A stretch of DNA of 64,000 bases, from assembly GCA_028534125.1 (NCBI GenBank), contig CM052821.1, positions 2,232,001 through 2,296,000 on the forward strand, given 5' to 3'. The stretch is from Lama glama. Lineage: Eukaryota. This document shows, one piece after another, positions 50,501-63,330 of the stretch (positions within the stretch are counted from its first letter, which is position 1; the number at the start of each line of letters is the position of its first letter). A program made the translations under genes and the position numbers. Under the pieces are notes generated by a model. It had not been told where the DNA came from and searched no databases. It saw only the letters and a list, made by a program, of their open reading frames with translations.

Positions 50501-53500
50501 GCAAAATGGAACTATGGTAATAATTTAAAAAAAAAATCAACCCACTAAAAATGCACAAAACACATCTCTTAAAAAGATGTCCTTTATATTTAAAATGGTA
50601 TGGTTTGCAAAGAACACTGGGAAAAAGAAACACTAAGTAACTTAAATGCCTGGGTACTGGGTATGCAATCTACGTAATTAGCAAACAAGAAGCAGACTTT
50701 ATTTCCCCCACTGCACACAGGATTTCAAATAAAAAGGGAGTTTGTATGTCATCAGCCTCCACACTTCATCCAAGCACCTCTCTGAATCAGGGAAAGAGGA
50801 AGACACTGACTTACCATCCATCAGTGCAAATTTTCAGCACTGTAAAATTATCTAAGAAAACAGTCCTTCAACTATCCAAGCTCATCTAACTAACAGCATT
50901 TACGAATTCTGCTGCTTACCTTGGGCATAAACTTGGAGAGAATGAAAATGATGATTAGTAGGGAGGCCACAATTCCCACACCCATTCCAGTGGAATAGTA
51001 GAAGATTTGACTTCTGCAGAGAGAAAATTCGTTTCATGGCTACGTGTGTATTCTTTATAAATGGCATTGTTCAAACCAGGACAACTATCCCAGCCAAAAG
51101 ATAGAAAAAAGGTACAAGACAAGAGCAGGTATTTGCTCCAAACCTGAGAGAGGTCAGAAGACTGGAGAGACCAGTACAGCGTAGTTGCTGCCAGGTTGTG
51201 AGGATTAGCATCAAGGAGGGTCCTTCGAACAGATCTCAATAACTGACCTCTGCTTAGCCTCCCACTCCCACCCGTAGCCTCTCTCCCCACCCCGTCTGTA
51301 ATAAGAATCTTTCTTCTGAGGAACTGCACAGCTTCCCTGGGGAGAAGGAAGGGGCAAGGGTACTGCCCAAGCGGAGACTGGAAACTGGAACTGAACTGGT
51401 TACCGAAGGACAAACCGAACACAAGGCACGGAACAGAGAGCTCCTATTCCTATTCCAGGCTCCTTCTACCAGATATTCTTTCCCTCACCGTGAGCTTCTC
51501 TCAGGATCCTCAAAATAGAGACAACCTCTGTGAACCTCATGCCAGCTGAACTTCACCTGAACTTCCCCTTTCTTTCACTACTCCACAAATATTCTCCTTG
51601 TGTACAAGGTTAATGTTGATTCCACTTTTGTTCAATGTTTGTTTAGTTAACTGTTTTCTTTGTACTTGTACATGTCTGTTTCACCTAGCCTAGCCAGTAG
51701 GTTCCTAAAGGCAGGAAATAAATGCGTGGATGTGCTTCTTTACCTCTGAATAGCATGAAACTCAGCAAACAGCCCTGTAAAAAGGAGGGCTTACTTCACA
51801 TATTATTTCTAACAGTGGAAAGGGTGGTGACATATTGGCTAAATCCCATCAAACGATGGGTAACCTAGTGGAAGAATTTCATTATTGCCAATCTTATTAA
51901 TATAAGAAAAAATAATAATCATAACACATATTAAACTATTTTTTAAAATTTCCAAGCAGGCAATGGTCTAGCCATCCATAAAGGTCCCGGAAAGGCAGCA
52001 TTTTGGGTCTTTATGATAAAAGTCAAGCAGGGTAGGTCTGAGCCTCACCATTCTGCCCTCTAGCCTTGGAACCTACCTGCTTAGCAAGTCTCCACAAAAA
52101 AATAGCATAAGTCCAAGGAGGAAAATGAGGAAGAGTTTGGCGTCAAATCCTGAAACAAATAAAAGACTTCCGCTTAATAGGGGAACCAAACAATGTAAGG
52201 CATTCTAGAATGAAAGGCAATACTTGAATCATTGGTCAGCAAACAAAATAAACACAAACAGCCTACCTAAACAGCATTTTAAATTTCACACAAAGCCTGG
52301 GCCCCTCCCAAAGAGAAAGTACAATTAGGTCTCTGTCTAACCTGTACTTTCCTGAACAGTTTATTTTTATTTTGGCTACCACGTTAAGCCTAAAAGAAAC
52401 TAAGCTTTGCTTTGGATGGAGCCAGACAGTGCCACCAGCACTTCATGCAGTCGCCCACAAGGGGTCTCTACCATTCTGGCTTTCAAGCCTTAAGTCACTC
52501 ATGGGCTTGGATTCAGCAGATCTGCCTTGAACTCTGGGTCAGGGCCCTCTGCTGTTCTCTGACTGGCTGCTTTTCTTGACCACCACCACCACCTACTTCC
52601 CTTCACTACAAAGCACTGTGTTGGAAAAACCCACACTCAAACACATCTCGCCCAAGACCAGGGGGCCCAAGCAGACGCCCCTTCCTGGCATGTCAGACAC
52701 TCCCACAGCTTTCACATTCAAGAGCTCTGAGTCTAGGGGAGGTCCACAAACAGAACAGGAGCAAGAGGCATCAGCAAATACAAAAGGAACGCCAAAAAAC
52801 AGGCTGATCCGATTCCACCAAAAAGCTGTGGAACCCCAGGACAAATAGAAGGGCACAGCACAGCAAAAACCAGGGACGTTTCTACTACTCTCCTGGGTAC
52901 TTATCAAGGAGAGACCAAAAGTCAGAGAGAGTTCAACAGCATAATGATCCACCTCCTCTCTGCAGCCTTCTCAGACACATTTAGAGAAGGGAAAACCTCT
53001 CCCACTTTCACGGAATAAGCCTTAAACGGCAATGACCTTCACATCTATTCAGTCCTACAAATATTCTTTTGCTTGTGAGGTATTAAGCTGTACCTTTCTT
53101 CAGTTCTGTTGTTTAACCATTCATGTCTTCAAATGCAGGCCTGTACATCTCAGGACATCTACCTGTGTCTATAAGCGCGCAGAGGGCAGGAGGCCGTCTA
53201 TCTTACTCTGAAGAATACTAGGCCTATCAGCTCAGGGCCGCTGGACTAGTAGGAATGCAAGTCTTCACAGTTCTAGGCAAGAAGGCACTCAGAATGACTT
53301 AAGGTGAAGTCTCAATTCCAGGCTAAAAGGGGTCTATGAGGGGTGGAGTCTCTGAACTGTATGGAGCAGCGGTATATTCAGGTTATAATCAGAATCCAAA
53401 CGGAGCTGTCTTGGGCTGACTTCTCTGTCTCACTAATTATACCCTCCAAAGCTCANNNNNNNNNNNNNNNNNNNNNNNNNNNNNNNNNNNNNNNNNNNNN

Positions 53501-56500
53501 NNNNNNNNNNNNNNNNNNNNNNNNNNNNNNNNNNNNNNNNNNNNNNNNNNNNNNNNNNNNNNNNNNNNNNNNNNNNNNNNNNNNNNNNNNNNNNNNNNNN
53601 NNNNNNNNNNNNNNNNNNNNNNNNNNNNNNNNNNNNNNNNNNNNNNNNNNNNNNNNNNNNNNNNNNNNNNNNNNNNNNNNNNNNNNNNNNNNNNNNNNNN
53701 NNNNNNNAACTGTTTACCCGGATCTGCAACACAAGTAAAATCAGGATGAGAAAGGTGGAAGTAGGAATTTTACATTTTCACAAATACAATTTAAAAAAAA
53801 CAAACTTTAGAGTAAACAGCTAAATCAATAATGGCACCAGCTTTCCACAAGGCTTATGAGAAATAGATGCAGCAGCTGAAGCATAATTGGGCAAATAACA
53901 CTGCACGTGGTACAGAGAAGCAGCTGTTAGAATGCCTTATTGTGAGCATGATCGGAATCTACTATTAGACCAGAACATAGGGAAGAAAAAAAAACTTCCA
54001 TGCTGAAAAAGTTACTAATGCATCTATTTATGAGATCATACAAAGCAAGGATCTAAAATATTAAGAAAGTTGCCAGGCATAACAGCTCCAAAATTATTTC
54101 CCATAATGACAGGCTGAAAAGCTCAACCCTCTGTCACAAATCACTGATTATGGATAAATGTTGGTTATAATGTGCCCCAGATGGTATATGATCTTTCTAT
54201 CAGACAATGAAAAGAGAGAATTGGGGGGAAAAAAAACCCCACAAGCTCACCCTTATGTTTTTGATGTGAAGAAATGCCCTTATCAGTAACTATGCTTACA
54301 GGAGCAGAAACATTTTCAAAGGACTCATCTGTTCAATCAGCATAGCCAGACACTCTTGCTTGCCAGGTGGCTCAACAGAGTTATGACACAAATGAGACCA
54401 AAGTCATTCTACTGAGGGGAAACTTCAGCTCGGGGGGTTTAACGCAACATCTTGTGCAGAATCAAAACAGATTAGGAGCAGCAAGGCAGGAGTTTACACC
54501 CTAACAGGCACACAAAGCTTCCAGCCCAAGAAGGTACAAGGCCTTCAGAAAGGGAGAGAGGTGTGTGAGTGTGTGTGAAAGGAGAGAGGGGAAGAGAAAG
54601 AAGGAGTTTCTTTGGGAAAAGAAAAGGAGGAAGGAAGCTTACCTCAGGGTCAAGTACTGGGGGCTATTTAAAGGAACAGAGAGAGGGGAACACAAGGGAG
54701 GCATAAACGCTTACTGATGACAACACTGATTAGATCAAGGATAACCTCAACCTTAGCAAGGTTGTTAATTTTATATACATATTTTTTAAATTGTGTGTGA
54801 GAAGGGAAATAAGTCCAAGTACTCACTAATCACAGACAGACAGATATTTACAGAAACTGCCCCTGCCAGGGGCCTCCAATTATTACCTGTATCCGTGTCC
54901 ATATGTCATGCCACTTCGGGATAAGCACATTTTTATAACAGGATTGTTGACTGGTATTCATATAATAAACTTTGGATTCCTGAAGCATGACCACTTTTAA
55001 ATCAATTCCGGCTTTATGTAAAAAAAGGAGATAAGAATTAAGTATAATAACAAAATAAGCTAATAACTATAATTCATTTCATAAAAAGAATTAAACCGAC
55101 CACTTTCTTAAAGCTAGGGTTAAAGTGTCAGTGACTAAGAAACAAAGAAGAAAACTGAGATGAGAGAAGAAATAAGGCAGTCTTATATCTGACAAATATA
55201 ATTATTTAAATATTAAATAGTCACTAACCCAGGATAAGTAATAATAAAAGCCACTATTAAGTGTTTATTAAGCCAGACAATATGCTGTCTGTCTCATTTA
55301 ACCCTCCCAACAATGTTATAAGGTAGGCATTCTCATAATCCCCATTTTACAAATGGGGAAACTGATGTTGAGGAAAGATTAAGGAATTTGCCCAAAGTCA
55401 CACAGCTAGTAAACAGCTTAACTGAGCTTCACAACCAGGTCCCGTTTCCCTTATAAAGGCATAGCTGAAGTAACCCCATCTGGTGATTTTCTCTATCCCT
55501 TTTCTGAGTAGGATGCACAGAATTGGCAACGTTTTTGTACTGGAGTACTTTAAGCAGATACTAAACGAGAAAGACTGCAAAATTGCTTTTGTTCCAGCTG
55601 TTTGTTTCATTTCAAGTTTCAAGAGCAGCCAATGAACATATGCAGGCCCTTTGATTTTACCAAAACAAACTCCCCTCAGGACTTCGTATTCAATCTTGGC
55701 TAATTTAAGGTTTAAAAGTGACCACTCTCTTATATCTTCCCACCCAAGTTTGCACAAACTTCCTTCTTCACCACGAAACATTTCAATAATTTCTTCCTTA
55801 AGCTCTACATTGTACTTAGCAATTCATTAAGTGCTACTCTAAGGGGAAGGTTAGTTATCTCTCTGATCCTTGGTATAAAAGTGGGTAGATTTAAATAAAC
55901 TGATAAAACAAAAAACACAACAACCTCAACCAAACCTTAGAAAGCCAAAGTTACACACAAAAAAGGGCAACAACACCCATCATTTTGAAACGGCTGAAGG
56001 TGAAGCTAAGACTAATTCTGAAGTTAAATTTGGTCTTAAGCCTAAATGTAAAAACAAAAACTATAAAACTCCTAGAAGAAAACATATAAATCTTTGTGAC
56101 CTTGGATGGCAATGATTTCTTAGATATGACACTAAAGCATAAGCATAAGCAACTCAAGAAAAAAATGATCGGACTTCATAAAAAAATAAATCCAACTTCA
56201 TAAAANNNNNNNNNNNNNNNNNNNNNNNNNNNNNNNNNNNNNNNNNNNNNNNNNNNNNNNNNNNNNNNNNNNNNNNNNNNNNNNNNNNNNNNNNNNNNNN
56301 NNNNNNNNNNNNNNNNNNNNNNNNNNNNNNNNNNNNNNNNNNNNNNNNNNNNNNAAGAGAAATAACCCAATTTTTAGAATGGGTGAAGGACTTAAATAGA
56401 CATTTCTCCAAAGAAGATATACAAATGGCCAACGAGCACAATGAAAAGAAGCTCAACATCATTGGCTGTTACAGGAATGCAAATCAAAATCACAATGAAA

Positions 56501-59500
56501 CACTACTTCAATCTCATTAGGGTGGCTATAATAAAAAGGACAATAACCAAATGCTGACAAGTATGTGAAGAAACTGCAACCCTCACACACTGCTGGTGGA
56601 AATATAATATGGTGCTGCCTCTCAAAAAGTTTGGCAGTTCCTGGAAAACTTAAACACTNNNNNNNNNNNNNNNNNNNNNNNNNNNNNNNNNNNNNNNNNN
56701 NNNNNNNNNNNNNNNNNNNNNNNNNNNNNNNNNNNNNNNNNNNNNNNNNNNNNNNNNNNNNNNNNNNNNNNNNNNNNNNNNNNNNNNNNNNNNNNNNNNN
56801 NNNNNNNNNNNNNNNNNNNNNNNNNNNNNNNNNNNNNNNNNNNNNNNNNNNNNNNNNNNNNNNNNNNNNNNNNNNNNNNNNNNNNNNNNNNNNNNNNNNN
56901 NNNNNNNNNNNNNNNNNNNNNNNNNNNNNNNNGTCCAAAAAAAGGAAAAAAAAGGCCACATATTCAATGATTTCATTTTTATAAATGTCCAGAACAAGCA
57001 AATCCAGAGACAGAAAATAGATCAGTGGTTGCCAGCTGACCCTTGAACACGTGTTTTGGGGCACCGACTCTCAGCACAGTCACAACTCTGCGCATAACTT
57101 CAGTCAGCCCTCTGGATCCACAGTTCTGCACCTTCAAATCCATGTCCTTCAAGGGTCAACTGTATACTAAAAACCACTGAAAGCATGGATTTTATGGTAT
57201 GTGAATTATATCTCAATTTTGTTTTTATTGAAGTAGAGCTGATTTACAATATTGTGTTAGTTGCTGGTGTACAGCAACATCTCCATTTTTTAATTCAGTT
57301 TTGATGTTGCAGAGGAAGAAGAAGTTTTCCCTGACCCTCTTAGGGTCCCTGGCTAGGTCTGGAAATTAAACTGACAAAGACATATTAAATGTAGGAGAAA
57401 TGTATACAAACTTATTTAATGTTTTCCATGACATGAAAGCCTTCATAAGGAAATGAAGACCCAAAGGAACAGTCAGACCTACATACTTTTACGCTGGATG
57501 TGATGAAGAGTGGACAATTGTGGAGGAATACAGTAGGCTGAGTATGAGGTAAGTGTAGTAAACTGCGGGAAACAGCAAAGCCTGTCTACTAGGATTCTTC
57601 TTTGTGTCCCTTTGTCTTCCAAGATAAGGATGCTCTTTTCCTCCCGATATAAGGAGGGCACCTCTCGCGTGAGGATTTTATGATCTGTTTCAGGGAAGAA
57701 GGGCAAAGTGGGGGAGGCAAGAGCGACCTTCCTGCTTCTGCTATTTTCTCAAACTCCCTCAGCTTGAAGTATTTAACATGCCTAGGTGCCATATTTTGGG
57801 GTAATGTGTCCTGAACCCTATCTATCAGTTTCTCACTAGGGTTTAATTCAGTAGTAATTTGGATTTCCTCCAAGCCTATCTTTCATAAAATGAGAACTTT
57901 TCAAAATCCTATTGACATTTGTCTCACTAGAACACCCACAAATATACTGAAAGAACACCCACTTACAAATATGTATCAAGAGTTTATCTTCTTCTGGAGA
58001 CTGTAAGAGAGTAAGATTATGTGAAGCTTAAAACTACTGATACAAATTTATTTTAAAGTCACATTTATTAACCCCTTCCTTCCCACAGCACCAAGTAATA
58101 GAACACAACATTTTTTTAAGCCCATTATTATTTCCAAGAGTACTAAGATACAAATAAGGTCTCAATAGCACAGGCTATTTGAAGAACTTAATGCCAAGAA
58201 AATGCATCTGTGTTTTTAAACTAACTTTAAAATTCTTCAGTATCATTTTTGTAAAGAAATAAAACTTCTACAAAAAGCAACATTTAAAAAAACCTAGTTC
58301 TTCCTTTTCCCAAGTTCCACACCATTCAAAGGAAATCGCTGTAAATAAACACACAAATAATCTCATTTAATAGCAACCTCCTACAGAAATCAGCACCTTG
58401 GCCAGCCACAGCTTTGGCAATTCACTGAGAGGGAAAATATACCAATTCAGCCTAAGAGGATAATCTGTGGAAACAATCACCACTCCAGCTATAGCATAAG
58501 TTGTTAGAAACACAGAACTAAACCAAATTACCTTAAACACACACGGGTTGTCAAAATGCTCATGTTAGAACCTTGCGCTTTCTGTAGCAAAAGGACATAC
58601 AACACCTTTCTTCCCCTCCCCAAGGTGAGTTAGCCAGCGTGGTAAAAGAAGAAAGAATTAAACATTAAAAAAAAAAAAAAGCCTTCTGAGCCCAAAAATC
58701 TAGTAGTTTTTGGAAAATGCCTTCTTCGAATTTAGTGAATCACAACTAGCTTATTGTATTTATCCATAAAGCACCTACTTAAAGATTTATAACTTCATAT
58801 TTACTTATAAACATTATGAACTTACTTTCACCTACTTTTCAATCAACAACACTGATCATTTAACATTTACTAGTAAAAGGTAACGAAAATAATTCATAGT
58901 ATGTGAGGACCAGAACAAACCCTAAAAAGTCATGAAAAACAACCTCTTCTAATTCTTAAATAGCCTCTATTCATTTCTGTCAAAAGGCAATCCCATTCAT
59001 ACTTAAAAGCCTCCTTAAAGACTAGCACCTTAAATCAGTGGGCTTAGCAAAGGACTATTCAATGAGATGCTAGAACAACCGACTGGTTATAAGGAAAATA
59101 AAATCTATCTAGATACCCACACCAAACACTACATTAACTATTGATTAAAAAGTAAAATGAAACATAATTAAATCATAACACACACACACATATACATATA
59201 TATGTATGAATCAATTCAATTTTGGAGAGCTCTTTAAGCATAAAAGAAGTGAAAATAAATCTAAAGAATAAATTCAAGTGACCACATAGAAGTATAAATA
59301 AAAATAAATATTTAAAAAGATAAAGGGAGCAAACAAATTAAAGTTCTGCAATAAATAAATACATTTAGTAAAAATATATATCTTTGATACATAAAAAAGT
59401 TCATACAAGTTAAGTATACAAAAATCACAATAAACAGCAACCACAATAAATAGCCAAGAACAAAGGACACACTTATACTCCAAAAAAAAAAAAGTCTAAA

Positions 59501-61653
59501 TAGAAAATTAAATTAATAAACAGTTGAAAGATGCTTCCTCACAAGTAATGCAAGAAATGCAAAATAAATTAAGATACCACTTTTGATCTATCAAATTAGC
59601 AAAAGTGTTACAGTATAGAATATCCAATGCTGGCAAAGGTATGGGTCACAAGCAAATAAAGCTGATAGTGATGTAAACTGGCACACATTTTCAGAAATTA
59701 TTTTAGCAAAATGTTTCAAGGGTCTTACATGTATTTTAGCCTTTGATTGAATAAATCCATTTCTGAGAATCTATCCTTAAAAATGAAAATCCAAATGGTC
59801 TGTCCATAGGCTAGAACAGAATACACGTAAAAATAACATTTATGAAGAATTTTAAATGACATAGGTAAATGTTTATGCTACAGAATCAAATGAGAAAACT
59901 ATCTCTGGTAACAGGGAAGAGAACTGGATTGCTGACAGGCACATGAATGTATCATCAATTCAAAAATTTTTTTTAATTAAAAACATGTAGAAGCAGACCA
60001 GAAGAAAGTGTGCAATAATAGACTGCCTCTGAACATAATAAACAATAAACAATGGAATAACTAAGTATAAATAACAATAAATGACGTGTTATTTATACTT
60101 AATTGTACTTGCCCAATAGTCTTAAATAAATTCACATTATTTTTATAATGAAGTTTTTCAAAAACCTCCAGTGAGAAAGAACTCCCTTCCTGTCTTTTGA
60201 AGTACTCCATTCTCTCTTTAGGTACCTCTCACTTTTACAAAGTTCTACTCTATTACATGATTGTCTCTTTGTAGCTGCCACCTACATGATCTACCAGGCC
60301 ACAAAGAACAAATATCCCGAGTTGACCCTTCTCCAAGCCAAAAAGTCTCCCGTTCCTCTCCTCATCAAAGAAACTTTGGAACTTTTGATTGAACACTGAC
60401 TATGCAGGAGCATTCTGGTATATATATTCTTTCATCCCCACAATCCACAATCCCATTTTAGAAGTTAACCATCAGGCCAAAGTTCATTCAGATCATACGG
60501 AGCCCTTCAGATATTATTCTGGGGCCCGCTTCTGGAAAAGTACCTTCCCGATACCCACTCCACTCTCCCTAAAAAAAAAAAAAAAACTGTTTCGCAAAGA
60601 CGCTGCACTTTTTAACTAGTTCTATGAATCCTGAGACAACCTTAAAGCTGCAGGTAAGGATAACACAAGTGACAGCAAGAGATAGGCAGCAAACGACAGG
60701 AGGGGAGAGAGCATATGTGTTCATGAGATAGGATTATCCTTATCCCCGTGAGTCTCAACTCCCTCCAGTGGAAGCTTGGAAACCTCACTTATCTTTCTGT
60801 TGTGTATTTAACAAGAATAGGTTCTTTACAAACACGCTCTAGGTTTTCCGGATTATAGCGAAAAAGTAAAATAATTTCGTCCCAGTCCAAAGCCAATTAT
60901 CCAGTAGTAGGTATCAAGTAAGTTTGACGAATGAATAAACTTCCAAAAGAATCCTACTCGAAGCTGAATAACGTTTGTATCTTTTTTTGGAAACAGGAAT
61001 TTAACAGCTCCAGGTCGGTTCTAGGGTGCCGCTAGGGACCAAGATCTTACAAGGACAGAGGACAGGAGATATTGACAGAGATCACTGCATTTCAGTTAAC
61101 TATAATTATCTGTTCAGCCATCCATGTCCTGAGTCCTGCCACCATAGGCTCAGGTGTTGGCTAATTTTCTCAATGAATGGGATACTCTCTTTCCAAAGGC
61201 AGCTCTGCCTGCCAGTATGGTCCTCAGGTCTCCTTCCTTTTAAACCAAAAAACTGGAGGAGGCCCACGCAGCACGACGCAGCCCGTAGAACCGCTTCTCA
61301 CCCAGTGCAGGCCTCCCCATCTCCGCCAAAAGACGCCAGGCTCCTCCCCACTCTGGGTAGCTCCCTTAGGCCGCCCCAGGGCCCCGGCCCCTCAATGCCG
61401 GCGCCCAATCGCGGAGGATGAAGCTTCTGCCTCTGCACCACGCCCGCGCCCCTCCGCAGAGTAACGGCCCGCGCCCTGGGGACAGTCCCCACTTTTCTGA
61501 ATATAACCCCTCTGCAACTTCTGCCCGGGCGGTACCTGAGCCGCAGACCAAGCAGCCACAGAGGACCAGTCGCAGCCACACTGCCCCAGCTCCCCAACTC
61601 CGGGGCCCGGCACCAACTGCCGGCAAGACCGCCACTTTCATTCCTCCCGCCAT
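47561..61653 (-). CDS. NEMP1: Nuclear envelope integral membrane protein 1 (TMEM194A), about 442 aa
   Basis: Exons 61536-61653 ([39 protein letters not shown]), 54887-55011, exon 3 starting at 53723 (IRVNS..., rest in N run; an orthologue-sized 220-nt exon would end near 53504), 52077-52149, 50920-51013, 50327-50441, 49417-49642, 48469-48642, 47561-47744. Contains [31 protein letters not shown] and C-terminal NNFLT*. Confidence 0.95.
56030..57215 (+). mobile_element. L1M ORF2/3'UTR remnant with two N runs
   Basis: cctaaatgtaaaaacaaaaactataaaactcctagaagaaaacata ... aatagacatttctccaaagaagatatacaaatggccaa ... gaatgcaaatcaaaatcacaatgaaacactacttca. Confidence 0.85.
57033..57162. mobile_element. 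Short Tigger2-like MITE inside the L1 3' end
   Basis: TIRs cagctgacccttgaa ... ttcaagggtcaactg followed by TA. Confidence 0.75.
57308..57822 (-). mobile_element. Solo LTR, ERV1/MER4-group-like
   Basis: aaattaaactgacaaagac ... tgccatattttggggtaatgtgtcctgaaccc; similar type to 4071-4417 in the opposite orientation. Confidence 0.65.
59030..59990 (+). mobile_element. Old L1ME-type remnant
   Basis: aaggactattcaatgagatgctagaacaac ... agaaatgcaaaataaattaagataccacttttgatctatcaaattagcaaa ... tgtaaactggcacacatttt; AT-rich and degraded. Confidence 0.6.
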
Positions 61654-62260
61654 GGTCGCCTCATACCACCTCCCCCTCACGTGCTTCTCCCCGGCAACTA
61701 ACTCGGAATAGGCAGGGCCAGCAACCTATCCGCTACAAGGCCCAGCCCCTACCAACCAACCGGGTGGGCGGAGCTTCGAGCACTCAGTCCTTTACGGACC
61801 CTATAGTCCCGCCTCTTAGCAACTGACGCGAGAGGGCGGGAAAAAGCAGCTTTCAGCCTATTAGAAAACGGGTTCTCGCCTCAGCAATGGCGACAGGAAG
61901 ATCCCACCCCTTAACAACATGCTTCCGTCTCCAGTTTATTTACAACTCGGGCGATTGATGGTAAGCGTAGCCTATAGAAAATCAGGATGGGCGAGGCCTC
62001 CTTGACCAAACGATATTTCCATCGAAACTGCCTTAGGTTCCTTCTGTTTTCTTTCTTTCCTTTTTACCACGATCTTTTTGATATGGGAAACTTAAGACAA
62101 GTTTCCGACCCGCGACCATGGAGGGAGAAATGAAAGTGGCGGTCTTGCCGGCAGTTGGTGCCGGGCCCCGCAGTTAGGGAGCTGGGGCAGTGTGGCTGCT
62201 CCTGGTCCTCTCTGGCTGCTTGTGTCTTCCAAAGTATGAAATTATTTGAAACGGAAGTCA
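61260..62260. promoter_or_regulatory. NEMP1 CpG-rich promoter
   Basis: CpG-rich; GC box GGGCGGAG (~61766), E2F site GCGGGAAA (61836-61843), RFX-like GCAAC half-sites, YY1-like AATGGCG, CHR TTTGAA (62245-62250), ETS CGGAAGT (62252-62258). Confidence 0.75.
62112..62222 (+). pseudogene. Inverted partial copy of NEMP1 exon 1 with a premature stop
   Basis: Ungapped reverse complement of 61549-61659, 104/111 identical. ATG 62118 to TAG 62175-62177 encodes [19 protein letters not shown]. Confidence 0.92.
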
Positions 62261-62859
62261 CAACAAAAAACTGCGTGGATAGTGTTTTATAGGAATAAAC
62301 ATTAAGTTTAAAATGTAGTCATAGGGTTTTTTCTTTTTTTGGAAGCGAAATGAATGTGAAGATTAAGAGAAACTTTTTTAATTCCTCACAACGTCCTGTG
62401 AGATATTTAAGAAAAAGCCAAGGCAAAGGAACCTGCCCAAGATTGCACAGTTCTTTGGGCTGGCTTGTAGTTCCAACCCAAGTCTTACCCCAAAGCCTGA
62501 GTTCTTTCTATGCATCAGGTGCTTCCCATTAAATGACTTACACAGTGAGGGCCTAGCAGAGTGCCTAGTACATAACAGATGTTCAGTAAATACTAGTTGA
62601 AACTGAAGCATCTTATTTTTTAGAAGATCTGATAGGGGTGGGTAGGAACAATAGAGATAATGGAGCTGAGTGAGTTGCAAGGAAATTTAGGAAAGGAGGT
62701 AACTGCTGGGGAAGGTTCAAGCTTTCACAACAAGGGATTTTTATGACGTCAAAATAGGGTTGAGCTATGGGCAAGAGAAGAAATTTCATGCTCAGAAAAG
62801 TCTAGGCCAGCCCTGCTACAGTGGTCATCCTGTCTCTCACACACACACACCACACACTC

Positions 62860-63330
62860 CCCTGCCTGACCTAGAAAGGTTAATATCAACAGTGATAAAT
62901 TACCATGATACTACATAACCTTGATATAGTGTGATGAAAATGGTGAAACCATGAAACTAATCTAATCATGAGATAAACATTTTAAACATTCAAATAGAGA
63001 GGCATCTACAAAATACCTGACCAGTAATCCTCAAAACTATCAAGGTCATGAAAAACAAAGAAACTGGGAAACTGTAACAGCCAAGAGGAAACCAGATGTA
63101 ATATGGTATCACAGATGAGATCCTGGAACAGGAAAAAAAAGGTAAAAATTAAGGAAATCTGAATAAACTATCAACTTTTAGTTAATAATAATATAGCAAC
63201 ACTGGTTCAGTAATGGTGGCAGGTGCACTATACCAGTGAAGGTTATATTAGTGGAAACTGGATGTGGGGCACATGAGAACTCTCTGTATTACCGTCTCAA
63301 TTTTTCTGTACGTCTGAAACTGTCTTAGAA
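62860..63330 (+). mobile_element. L1MC/MD-type 3'UTR fragment
   Basis: tctaatcatgagataaacat ... tacaaaatacctgaccagtaatcctcaaaactatcaaggtcatgaaaaacaaagaaa ... atcctggaacaggaaaa ... ggaaatctgaataaact ... gaactctctgtatta. Confidence 0.75.
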
